NCBI GenBank assembly: GCA_030264375.1
Contig: JASCQW010000109.1
Span: 26,703,980 to 26,767,979 of the forward strand
Length of the DNA stretch: 64,000 bases
Origin: Carcharhinus longimanus
Lineage: Eukaryota
Reading direction: 5' to 3'
The notes under the pieces are model-generated. The model was not told the origin of the DNA. It ran no database searches and saw only the letters and a program-made list of their open reading frames with translations. Positions 25,050-36,895 of the stretch are shown one piece after another. The position numbers and the translations under genes are program-made. Position 1 is the first letter of the stretch, and every line of letters starts with the position of its first letter.

Positions 25050-25172
25050 TGGCCGAAATTTTACAGTTCCGCCCATCACGGAAATTGGAGCGGGTGAGGG
25101 GTGGGCAGTGGAAAGGTCTGTTGATCTTGGGCAGCATTTTACAGTTTTGGGATGAGCAAAGCCATAAGATCC
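25050..25172. mobile_element. ~120-bp MITE; related copies at ~9830-9965, 27620-27715, 46425-46550, 47780-47895 and 51082-51200
   Basis: Shared core GGAAAATCCTGCTCGAGGTCAATGGA / AAAGGTC..TTGA..TTGGGCGGGA and (G)ATTTTAC / GTAAAAT-type ends. Confidence 0.7.
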
Positions 25173-25994
25173 AATTCCTAATATATCTGTGTTCTATGCT
25201 CCTGATAATTCGGAACAAACAAGATTGNNNNNNNNNNAAATTTAAAAAGACAATAAGGAGTTGGCAAGTTTCTTATAGATTAAGAGACCTCTAGTGGTTG
25301 GAATATTTTATCTTTAGATGCAGGTGCTGTTTTATCTATTCTTCAGCTATCGAGATATGAAGACAGAAAAATGAGCTAAATGTGTCTACAACCAGAAGAT
25401 AAGGGAAATGGTTCAAATTGGAAAAAAGTAACAGAGGGAGTCATGCAGAAAAAACAATTGTAATAAAGGAGAAAAGAACCAAAGGAGAGAAGGAGAGAAG
25501 TATAAGCTAAGGAAAGCGTGAGTTGTAATTGACATAAGGAAGAATTACATATTACTTATTCATTTATGAAATAGTGTGGGACAGCAAAATGCATGCAAAC
25601 TTTAGTGATAACAATCAGAAAGTTAAATAGATAGATTGCTGACTGAAAATCTGCTTGATTCTAGATGAATGGTGCATGCATGTGGACAAGTTGAGCTGGA
25701 TTGAAGCAATGGATCTTTCACATTTTTATCATATCTCCTGCTTATGAGATCCAGAAAGCATCATTGCAGATTAAATCATTACTGTGATATATCCATTTCT
25801 GAGTGTTTGCTATAATATTGTGTAACACTGAAATTCATTTTTTTGGTGGTTTTATGCTGTGTGGTCAAGTCTATCAACTCTATTTCTGAACGCTGATGTA
25901 GTAATAAACAGTATTACTTCATAACATCAGTGAACTGTAGAATGGTACAGTACAGTAATAGAATCCATAGATTGGAAGATTGTGACCAGAGGCT

Positions 25995-26272
25995 CTGCAA
26001 TTGCCATCTCTTAGAACTGAGATGAGGAGGAGCTACTTCTCGCAGAGGGTGGTGAATTTGTGGAACTCACTGCCCCATACAGTGTTGGAGTCTGAATCAT
26101 TTGTTGGGTTTAAGAAGGAGATAAATAAAAAAAAGATAAGGGGATATGGGGAACAGGTGGGGAGGTGGATTTGAGACCACGGAGGGGTCAGCCATGATCT
26201 GATTGAATGGCGGAACAGACTTGAAGGGCTAAATTTGCCTACTTCTGCTCTTAATTGCTATATTCCTATGTT
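25995..26272 (+). mobile_element. CR1 3' end
   Basis: GAGATGAGGAGGAGCTACTTCTCGCAGAGGGTGGTGAATTTGTGGAACTCACTGCC..CAGCCATGATCTGATTGAATGGCGG. Confidence 0.9.
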
Positions 26273-27067
26273 ACTTCATTCAGTGACCTAAGACAAGTTC
26301 CATTCCAACAGAGTAACTTTTCTACTTTGAAAGCTGTCAACCTTCTAAGTATATTTTCCTTACCCTATTCAATATCCCACTTCTAGGTTAGCAGCATCCT
26401 CTTCTCTAATGAAGACAGATGCAAAATAATGATTTAATACTTCAGCCAAGAAGAAGATCTTTTCGGTCCTTAATCGATCCCATACTTCCTTTGATGACGT
26501 TTTTTGTTACTATTTACGTGTTTATAAAAGTCTTTTGAGATCCTTCTGTATTAGCCACTAATCTATTCTCTTCCTCTCTCTTTGAGCCGCTAATTCTGCC
26601 ATCAAGTCTCTGTACTTGTTTTATACAGCATGGTTCTCTGTTGAATTATGAGCCTCACAATTGTCATAAGCCTCTTCTTTCTATCTCATTTTAACATCTA
26701 CACCTTTAGGCAGGCAGGATCTCTAGCTTTGGTTGCCCCTTTTTATCCCCTTCATGGGAATGTGTCTACTCTCTATCCTAACCATCATCTCTCAAATGTT
26801 TCAATTATAATTTTGTGTCTCAATTTCTGATTCCAGTCCATTTGGGCCAGATTCCTTTCCAAATCATTGAAACTTCTCCTCTCCCAGTTAAGTAATGCTA
26901 TGTTTGATTATACCTTGCACTTTTCAATCAAATCCTAAACCTGATGGTCAATGACTGCTTTCTAAATTCTCTCTACTTGCCTCACTTCATTCCCCAGAAC
27001 AAAATCCACACTATTTCCTTTATCATTGCGCTGCGAGCACACTGATTAAGAAAGTTCTTTCTCACAC

Positions 27068-27418
27068 TGTGATGATTGTCCCTTTAAGAGTAACCTTACA
27101 GAGTAAAGGTAATGTAGGGTTAGATTCTCGACCTCGCTTGCCACTGGGATTCTGCTATCCCACTGCAGCAAATGGAGATTTGGCTGAACACCAAATTCTC
27201 TGTCCTCGTTGGCAGCGGGGTTCGGAGGACTGAGAATTCTGGCTATAGTCTGAACGACTAACCAAGACCTACCACAGGGCATTTCTCCTGGGGAGGAGTT
27301 TCCCTTTGCAGCAGACTATACTATGGACTAACTGTAAGCATACAGCTCATGATGCAGCCTTGTAAATAAAGTTCTTTTGTTGAACGACAGAATTTTTGTG
27401 GGAGCACAGCTTTACACA
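27068..27418 (+). mobile_element. Solo LTR with an internal MITE (27116-27245)
   Basis: TGT..AATAAA(27365)..ACA. Its start GATTGTCCCTTTAAGAGTAAC resembles the LTR at 24626-24805 (GATTGTCCCTTCAAGGGTAAC). Confidence 0.7.
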
Positions 27419-27734
27419 TATTTTTCAGATTCCCGCTACCTCCTTTGTTGCTATTCCAGTCTATATCAGAACAATTGAAGCCCTTCATTATCACCACTCT
27501 GTAGTTCTTGCAAATTTCTGTAATTGCCCCTGTGGTACCTTCTCACCATTTGGTGACCTATAGTATTTATCGTAGCGTAATGGTTCCTCTGTTGCACCTT
27601 AATTCTAAGCAAAGACTGAGGAAGAGGCTGTCAAGCGCAGTGAGCCATTCAAAGGTCCACTGACTTTGGCAGGACTGGAAAACCCTGCTGAATGGAGGGG
27701 CTGTAAGATTCCACTCTGTGTGGGTGACTCTCCC

Positions 27735-28810
27735 AGCCTGCTGCACAGCTCTAGCAGCACAGAAGGCTGTTTAGGAGGCTTCTTGCTAGGTACTGCAGCC
27801 TCCACGCGTCTCCAGGCCCAGATTTCTGGTGTTGCTGTTCCACATTGGAAATTGATGTGGCGCTAATTTAAATATTGTAATCACTGTTTTAATCATCACA
27901 AGCTAGCATCTTTAGCATCTTCCCCCCATCCCCCCCAACCATGAGTGGTTCACTCCAGGTGTTTACAACAGCCCCCTACTAACTAGCAAGTCACAGCCTG
28001 ACCCCGCTGGACTGAAGGGAGGCCATGGAGCCCCCCCCAAGGAGATCGGGGTAAGGGGATGCCCCCTGGGCATTACCAACCTGGCAGTGCCAGCCTGGCC
28101 CCCTGGCACTGCCCTGCTGGGCACTGGGCAGTGCCAAGCAGGTGGGCCCAAAGGGGGCAAGATCTATTATGGCAAGGTCTATGCGGGGAAATTTGTGAGG
28201 GTGAGGAGTCTCTCTGCTATTCTGCATTGGTAGGATCAGTGGCAGAGAGAGGGAAGGGGCTGATCAGGGCTGGCCATCAGGGTNNNNNNNNNNNNNNNNN
28301 NNNNNNGATGGGGGAATGGGGGGAGGGACTGCTAGGGGTGGTTGGGACTGCCGAGGGATGGGGGTTGTCAGAACTGCCAGGGCTAGGGGGACGGTAACAG
28401 GGAGATTGGGACTGGCGGGCAGGGGGAAATTGGGGCTGGCCCGGACATGTCCAGGAGGCCAGCGATTGATGGGTGGGAGGGGGTGGAGGGGCACTGTTGC
28501 AGGGTTGCTGTGCTGGCCAGCAATCGAGCTGGCCTGTGATCAAGGGACTATCAGTGTGGGGCTACTGCTCATGCGCCGATCACTGCTCTGACAGATCAGC
28601 GTATGTGCAATGGCCTGCTCAGCGCTATGCTGTCAGCCTCTCCTGTAGGAATAGGCCCCACCACCTGATTTTCAGCATGAACCTCCTTGAGGGGCACTCT
28701 GCAGGGCTCAGTGGAGATTCATTCTGAAAATCCCACTAAAGAAAACCCAGAAGGAATTACTCCAGATTTTATGTGAATTTGGCGCTTAGAATTTTTTGGA
28801 AGAATCCCAG
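27735..28810. mobile_element. Non-autonomous Harbinger-like element
   Basis: CTGGCAGTGCCAG / CTGGGCAGTGCCAAG cluster and terminus TTAGAATTTTTTGGAAGAATCCCAG, homologous to 14040-14090. Confidence 0.7.
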
Positions 28811-29221
28811 TCTCTGCCTTCAACCCAATTACATCATCCTTCTCTTTGATCAAAACACTGCCACTCCCTTTCTTTTTCTTTTTTCCCTTCTAGATTTTTC
28901 CTAAATCCCTGATAGCCAGCTGTATTAAGTTCCTATTGCTACCCTTCCTTGAGTTAGGTCTATGCTATTGCCACTACGTCATTGTTCCATGTGGTGACCT
29001 GTGCCTTATGTTTTCAAATAGGGCAACTAACCCTAGTGAAATGGCTGGGAATCAGCACCACCATTAATCTCCATTGACTATTAAAAGCACTGCAGTAGAT
29101 TTTATGTATTAAGCAAATAATGCTCATTCGTACAGAAGCCCATTGGCCAGCCACACCATGTATTGGAAGCAGCAATCTGATTGTGTCTGCACGTGCATTA
29201 TGGTGACATCAAATTATTTTT

Positions 29222-29552
29222 TATATTCATTCATTCTTGGGACATGGGCATTGCTGGCTGGCCAGCATTTATTGCCCATCCCTAGTTGCTCTTGAAGGGC
29301 AGTGGAAAGTCAACCACATTGCTGTGCCTCTGGTGTCACATGTAGACCAGGCCAGGTAAGGACAGCAGATTTCCATCCCTAAAGGACATTAGTGAACCAG
29401 ATGGGTTTTTCCGATAATTGACAAAGGTTTCATGGTGATCAATCAGTTCTTAATCCAGATATTTTTGTTGAATTCAAATTCTATCATCTGCCATGGCGGG
29501 ATTTGAACCTGGGTCCCCAGAACATTAGCTGAGTTTCTGGATTAATGGTCTA
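29222..29552 (-). mobile_element. Second tRNA-derived shark SINE family
   Basis: Reverse complement of 33505-33857: B-box GGTTCAAATCCC and tail GGGATGGGCAATAAATGCTGGCC. Confidence 0.88.
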
Positions 29553-32500
29553 GTGAACACACATGCATATTGTGCTCACAAGTGTCACTGTTCTGTCTGA
29601 CATCCCACTGGCTCTGAGCCTCGACCTTGAGGAGAGACTGAGAGAATTAAGATTGGTAAATTGAGGAGTGAGTGCTGCTGCAAGGTGAACGGAACTTTTA
29701 ACACTGGAAAATTCAGACCAAACTACCAATGCCAGCTTAGAAAGTTTGTTACATGCTGAGAATCCCAAGACTGGAGGCAAGGGAATGCAGTGGTCTGGTA
29801 TTGCTAGGCTAAGAGAATCGGATTAAGCCTCAAATGCCTAGAAACAAGATCTACTTCCTGCCGAGACTTGACCTAGATTCACTCGAGCTGAGGGAATTTG
29901 GTCAAAGGAACGCTGCCGGTAAAAGAAATCTAGCCACATAGAGTTTACCTGCGATAGGGTTGCTAACCCAATACTAAGCAAACTAATGTCAGGAGCAGTG
30001 GGCGACAAGGCTATGTGGCTGTAGTTCCATATCAGATAACTCAGAGTACTGTAACTCATGAATAGAATGAGGTCAGGTGTGTTTCCGCTTCTCCTTTTGT
30101 GTATTGTTCCTTCTATTTTACATTAAAGCATAGACATTAGTGAATGAAAATAGAATAAAGACACTCCTTAGACCCCTCACCCATACACAATACAACATGA
30201 TGGCCACAGGTTGAACTGACAGCTCAATCATCATGTTCAGAGAAAGGAAATCTCCCGGAATAGCTTCACTGAGAGTTAGCAACCCTATTTTCCACATCAT
30301 CTTCTCCATACTCCATTATTTTATCTACATGCACTCCAAAATCATTTTATTACTATAAGAAGATTATGAAATTCTTCATTTTGTTTATGGGGCTGTCATA
30401 TTGCACATATTTATACTCTCACAGGGCATGCAAAGAGAATCAAAGTGGCAACACACAATCTTAAGATCAGAGAGCTTCTATATTTAACATTAATATTTTC
30501 TATAATAACAAAAACGTTCAATAAGATTCAGTTTATTAAGCTAATGACTGTGATATATTGTTTACGCACCTGTGTATATTAAATATTTGGAACAGTTTTG
30601 TATGATTGTTTCAATATTGTAGTACTCCTTTTAGTGAATTTTGTACTTAGCTAGATGAGGGTAGCCAATTCTAGGACTTGGAACAAACTTTATTTAACAT
30701 TAGCCACTCTCATGTCAGGAAAACACTGTTCGATGCAGAGTAAAGCTAAACCATGTCCGAACTAACAAAGGTCTCACTGGTTAGTTTCCACTTGATGTAT
30801 CCTTACTGCTTTTCTGAATGAGGTTATCATTTAGTATTGGTTTAATTTCACGAGGCCAAACCCACTGACTGCAATTGATGATACACATTCCACAGAACAG
30901 GCTTTGAGAAAAATCTTCATATTTATTGCAACAATGTACAACATCTTATACACATATCAGTTGTTCTGTTTCAAAAATTAAACTTTACTGTTGGTAACAT
31001 CTGTTGGTAACATTTCCTCTCCTGCACTCCAAGGGCTAAGAACTTCCTAGGGTTTCCTGGTAAATTGCATTGAAATTTTATTAATGTGTTCAGATGCGTG
31101 GATAGTTTCACCGAGGACTCATCCCTAATGGTGCTGTTTGCTCAAATTCTAAGTAAAACAATTGCATCATATGCAAGTCTTCAAAAAGGTGTTTCATAAT
31201 TCTATTTATTTGAAATGGTGTTTTCCATGCCTTTGCTGGTCATGCAATGAACTCTGGACTATCCTGCCATGAAGGCTCTGCTTTTGAAAAGGGACAAAAA
31301 TCATTGGAAGTTTTTCTTTTCATTTAGTTTTAATCTCAGTAGGATTTTTCCTGCAAAAGGATTGAATAACGTCTGCTGCTTGATTGTATTGTAACCATGC
31401 AAAGATAATGAGCTTTATTTTTGGTTGTAGAATATTATCATGACTGTAATAATTGTAATAAGAAAATCAAAATGAGTGTTATCCTTGGGAAAGCTGCTTT
31501 GATTGAAAACTGGATCTGAAATTGAATCTTAATAAATGCCATTACTAATTTGCAAATAATTGCTATGTCTGAATTAGAGACAAGTCTAGATCAGGAACTT
31601 TGATGACAAGAATGAAGACCTTAATTAGTCTGAGTGGCAGGAGCTGTTTTTTGACATGGAAGAAAATATCAATCAAGTTTCAGTTTGGCACTGGAGGAAC
31701 GAGTGCACAGCATTGTAGTGTTACAATATTTGATTTATACTGTTAGATGTTGCTACAGCTTTCACTGAGTTCATTTGCAGAACTTAACAGCAATCAATTT
31801 TAACCATGCAACACTCAACAGATGTAGACTTTTTCTGTCAGAACTAGACTTATTTTCATTCCAAACTGGTATATGTTGACATTTTTTAATTTTTCAGTAG
31901 TGTAGGATTTCAGAAGGAAGTTTTCCCCTGCTTGCTGTGTGTAGCAAAATGGTAAATGCATTATTTACATTAGCATTTTTCATCTTGCTGCAAATAATGA
32001 ACAAAAGGAATCTCCCTCAAGTTATTGAGTGGTTTAAAAGCTGCAAGAATTAGTCCTTAACTACAGTGCCTGTGTTAAGAGTTGGACACGGTTAAGTATT
32101 GGAAACAAATATCTTCAAACAAGTAATATTTGCTATTAATCTGGCTTGACGTTTTTCAAAATGTGAATTTATTTTTTATACCAGTTTAAATGTATTTTTT
32201 TCACTGCTCCCTGTTATTGTTGCATCTTGGTGGCTTCAAAGATGTGCAGGAAATATGCATTAGCCTTTCTAATATTATAACCTTCAGATTGATTATGAAG
32301 GTAGTTGGTATAACATTGGGGTGTTTGGGACTGTAAAGGTTAATGGGGGACTGGGACAAAAGCACTGCCCACATTATGCTGTAGAGAATCACAGGGGAAT
32401 AGTAGAATGTAGTGGTGAGTCTGGTAAAAGTTGTAAGAGGATAGCACTTAGTCAGCGCAGTACCCTGCATATATAAGTTATATGTTATTAATAAACAGTT

Positions 32501-32574
32501 ATTGCTCAACTTCACAAACCTCTAGTCCCTTCAAGAACAGCAGATGGTAGGTATAGTTTTGATGACTTTCCCCT

Positions 32575-32872
32575 CTACTCTCCTCAGAATTTTCAGGAGA
32601 AATTCGGTAAAACTGCGTAGGCAGAGATTGACTTCCCCGAATGTTCCGTTTCCCAATGAGCTGGATTTTCTGCTCTCCCTGCCGCAGCATGTTTTAAGGT
32701 GGCAGAGGCAGCTCGCCATTGGCTGCCAGCAGGATCTTGCGCTCCCACCGATACCTAAGGCGACTAATGTGGCTCGTCTGTCCTGCCACAGGGGGACCCA
32801 CTGCGGAGGTCAGAGTCACCTTTGGCGGGACCGGAAGGTCCAACCAGCAGGAACGATCGGAAAATCTCACCT
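32575..32872. mobile_element. Harbinger-type MITE
   Basis: GC-rich insert with GGATTTTC... / ...GGAAAATCTC ends. Shares CCCATTG/GCCATTGG core with 36700-36895 and 27116-27245. Confidence 0.55.
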
Positions 32873-33224
32873 CTGCTAACTCGATACTGTAACACTCAAA
32901 AACCATGGTTCCAACCAGGAAACTTCCAATACTTCAAATTTTGAAGTTATTTTTTGCTGAACCGTTTGTGTCCATCAAATGTGTATTAATTACAATGCAG
33001 ACTGAAATATTTTCCTGTTTCATATAACAGCCCCAACATTGAATACTCCTGGTCAAGTGTAACATGGTTAGCTGGAGGATAAAAACTGCCTCCACTATGC
33101 CACAACATCATGTCTTAGCTGGAGAAAATACCCACTATACCACAACATAACATTTTGCATTTCCCATTAGTGCCTGGCTGAGATTAATTTAGCCCTGGGC
33201 CCACATTTACTAGGTGAAAGATTG

Positions 33225-33441
33225 AAACTGTTGAATTGATGGGTTCCAATGACTGGTGACCAAAGACAATAGTTTACTCAGCACTCTGAGCAGCTCTCAC
33301 ATGTTCCTACTCTGTCCAGATGAAAGCTCCTGCGCATCTGTCACATGACCCTTTAAATAGCCATGTCATCACATGACCACTTGGTCTACAGGGACAAAAG
33401 CCATGTCATCACATGACCACTTGGTCTACTGGGACAATACA
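33225..33441 (-). mobile_element. Short LTR-like element with a 40-bp internal tandem duplication (33360-33437)
   Basis: Minus strand starts TGT, then two copies of the 40-mer, TATTTAAA, and AGTAAA downstream. Confidence 0.5.
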
Positions 33442-33504
33442 CTCAGTTCATATGCTCCAGTGCAACAAACTGAGGAAAGACTTCCACTTCATCAGTGAAA
33501 GAAG

Positions 33505-33857
33505 CAATGGCCTGGTGGTATTATCTCTAGACTATTAATCCAGAAACTCAGCTAATGTTCTGGGGATCCAGATTCAAATCCCTCCACAACAGACGGTGGA
33601 ATTTGAATCCATTAAAAAAAAATCTGGAATTAAGAATCAATTGATGACCGTGAAACCATTGTCAATTGTCAGAAAAACCCATCTGGTTCGCTAATGTCCT
33701 TTGGGGAAGGAAATCTGCAGTCCTTACCTGGCCTGGCCTACATGTGACCCCAGAGTCACAGCGATGTGGTTGACTTTCAACTGCCCTCCAAGGGCAAGTA
33801 GGGATGGGCAATAATACTGGCCAGCCAGCGACACCCATGTCCCACAATGAATAAATT
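33505..33857 (+). mobile_element. Second tRNA-derived shark SINE family
   Basis: GGTGGTATTATC..CTAGACT..GATTCAAATCCC..AAAAACCCATCTGGTTC..CTTACCTGGCCTGGCCTACATGTGAC..GGGATGGGCAATAA. Confidence 0.88.
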
Positions 33858-34671
33858 TTTTAAAAAAGTCTCTGCTCTATTTAAACATTGGTCCCAGAAG
33901 CAAAAGGAAATGGCACCATTTCACTGCACCGCCTAATCCTCAGGAGAGAAAAAGATACATTTATTACCCATCCCCAAACAAGGACATGTCACTTTTATCT
34001 TTGTCAAAATTAATATTAACATATCAAGAATATGTTAATCTGATTTTAAATGTTGTGCAAATCATATTTTCACCACACTTCTAAAAATTCATATTTGGAT
34101 CCCAGACTCAGTACTGCTTTTAGACAATACTAAATTCCTAACTAATTTGTGAGATCCTTATAAACAAAAGCACAAAACTTCATGGCACCAAAGTGTCTGG
34201 TTTAAAAAAAATTGTGGTGTGTCCAATGATGCATTGCTATCCACAATATACCTTCTGAGTAGGTTTTCTCTTCCAAATGTAGCTTTTGTTGATACTTTGC
34301 CTGGGGTTGCCTTTTCTGTGTTATTACTTCCTCGAGAAAGTGCAACAAATGTAAGATAGCTGCTTGACAACCACTTTGTTACCTGAAAAATGATTCTCTG
34401 TGGTTTCAAAAGCTCAAGTGTATTATTATAATTGTGAGCCTAACTATTATCCTGTCTGTATTTTATTTATGACTAATCCTGTGACGCCAGCTATTTACTT
34501 CATTACTTCTTTGATCCTTGCTCTTGGAACATAATAAAACTTTTAAAGGACAACCCCACTTTAATTACAATAATGGATAAGCTTAAAGGTCATTTACTTT
34601 TTTATAGATATGTTAGGCTTCAAACTCAGTGAAACTGCTGAACATATAAGCAAGTTTATCTTGTGGTTAGC

Positions 34672-34935
34672 TCCCAAAATGGTTTAATGGTGAAGGCTCC
34701 ACCCAGTATACCACAAAGCCATAGAGACCAGAATGTCCAAGATTTGATCCCTGGCCTCGGCTGGATTAAATGACTGATCTCAGCCAGGAAGCAGCTGGGG
34801 CATTCCGAAAGATTTCTGCAAGACTGATTGCTATTCCGGATTGCTATTGATTGCCCTCTGCTGGTGAGTGTACATGTGTCAGTGTTGCACCAGGACAAAG
34901 CCAGACCTCTATTCGTTAAATGGCTGACTGATACT
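34672..34935 (+). mobile_element. Old LF-SINE-like shark repeat
   Basis: AGCCATAGAGACCAGAATGTCC..TTTGATCCCTGG..CTGATCTCAGCCAGG..CCTCTGCTGG; antisense relative at 44290-44550. Confidence 0.55.
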
Positions 34936-34949
34936 GTTTCTTGCTTTAA

Positions 34950-35115
34950 GTTTGAAGTTTATTTATTAGTATCACAAGTACATTAACACTGCAATGAAGT
35001 TACTGTGAAAATCCTGTTGTCGCCACACTCTGGGTACATTGAGGGAGAATTTAGCATGGCCTATGCACCAAACCAGCACGTTTTTTGGACTGTGGGAGGA
35101 AACCGGAGCACCACA
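34950..35115 (-). mobile_element. 5'-truncated HE1 tail-B SINE
   Basis: TTTATTTATTAGT.TCACAAGT..CATTAACACTGCAATGAAGTTACTGTGAAAATCC..GGACTGTGGGAGGAAACCGGAGCAC. Confidence 0.85.
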
Positions 35116-36699
35116 TGTATAATGCCCACCTAGACAAGGCACCAATGTCTCAACAACAGAGTGACCTCCTAGAAGAAGAACAGAACATTGCAGTTTTAAA
35201 GGACTTTTTAAAAAGAGGGAAATCAATACTTTGAAAGATTTTTATGCACAAGTTTGAGGCCACCATCACCACCCTTGAGTGCGCTAACACTTTTCTGCCA
35301 ACATTTACATTGTCTTAATCTGGTACTATTATTATGGTGCCTTGCAGAAAAAGTTTTTCAGACTTTACAAAATACAGGAAGAATGTTCCCTTTGATGTGA
35401 ATCAGTTGATATGCTTGCTTATTATGGCAATATGCAGAAACACAGCACTAGTCAGTATGCTTTGTATTACACAATTCTTCTTTGTTAAATAATCAAATGT
35501 CAGAACCACAGTACTTGCGAGTGCCAGTCACAAATTATCAGTTTTCTTGAGTAACTGGGACTGAATCAGACTTCAGTGATTCAATACCTAATAGTATCAT
35601 TACAACAAAAATAAATCATTTTTCATTTTTATGTCCCAGATTGACTAGATTAAATGAAACTATGTACAAGTAATGCAACTTCAAAAGTTCCATTAGATTA
35701 TCCTTCCTTTCAAATTATGTCACTCACCAAGACTTGGTCATGTTTGGTCATACTTAAATAGTAGACAGATGACTGATCAAATGACACCTACCTTCTTTGA
35801 TAGCAGACAAGATTGTAAGTAAAGGTCTCTAATCTTTTTGGTCTTTTAAGAAAGGTTTAGTAGCTAATTCAATTACTGAATGTAAATAACTTAAATTCTA
35901 AAAATAGATTCACTAAATAATGGTGGTTTAGAGCTGATTCTATAGGATTGAAGTCCAAGTCAATTGGTACAAGTCGAAGTGGCACTTTAGGCTGCCACAA
36001 ATAATCCCAGCAATCAAAGGGCTCTGAAGAGAACTGACTCAAAAAAATTGACTCTATAGAGGTGATGTCCAGCGCAGTCAAGAGATTTGAGACTGATCCA
36101 ACCTGTCCAAATTTGGCCCAAGAATTTATTACTCTCATAAAACAATGTCATGACATTGTTAAATTGCTTGAAGTCAGCCTAAAAATTAAAAAAAAGTACT
36201 TTCTGCTGCCAGCTTTCTCAAGGTGCAGCAGAAAGAAAGTAATTGAGCAGCAGCCCTTAATCATGATAGATGGTATGTCTTTCCTGGGTGTATCAAAGTA
36301 TTCCTTCGTTCCTTTATATTGTGGAGAATGCGGTGGTATCCAACAGCTCTTCTCCTGGCTCTGTGTTACTCCTTGCGTAGACAGCTTGGAATAAGAAGTG
36401 TTCAAACTTCAGTTTCCTCCATTTGGGAAAGTTTTAGCAGTGCCATCTTTTGAGGGTTTGGTGTTGTTGATGAAGACTTGACTATATGAACCCTAACTTT
36501 TGACATAAGAGCATTTAATATTTTTAGGTCTGCAGAATAAAACATCGAACTTTATTTCCTCAGATTTTATGAAGTTTGGACAAAATTGCAAATTAATATT
36601 AAAAATGTGATGCTTTTTGTGTAGTATGACATTGACATCCATCTGGTTTTAACTACAATCATGTGGTGGATAGCAGGTAACAAAAATAAAAGAAATAAC

Positions 36700-36895
36700 A
36701 GCTAGAAATTCATGCTGGCGGGATCTTCCAGTCCCACTAATAGTACATCCCCACCATGGGTTTCCCAGTGATGAGGAGTGTATTCAATGGGAAGCCCTAT
36801 TGACAATGGTGGGACCAGAAGGTCCCATTGTTGGCCAATGGCAGCCACCTCCACTGCTGCAAAACACATGGCAGGTTCTTCTGAAAATACCACCA
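36700..36895. mobile_element. Harbinger-type MITE
   Basis: GGCGGGATCTTCCAGTCCC..TCAATGGGAAGCCCTATTGA (internal palindrome)..GAAAATACC. Confidence 0.6.

Larger units (their letters stand above)
26290..29010 (-). mobile_element. Old CR1 ORF2 (endonuclease region) fragment split by a solo LTR, a MITE and a Harbinger element
   Basis: Colinear antisense CR1 pieces at 26290-27065, 27420-27620 (TTGAAGCCCTTCATTATCAC = reverse of a GDFN-like motif) and 28810-29010 (GCTATTGCCACTACGTCA). Confidence 0.65.

Noticed and set aside
36062-36394. 110-aa plus-strand ORF
   Set aside because: No recognisable domain or splice signals, and it contains an A-run; within chance expectation.
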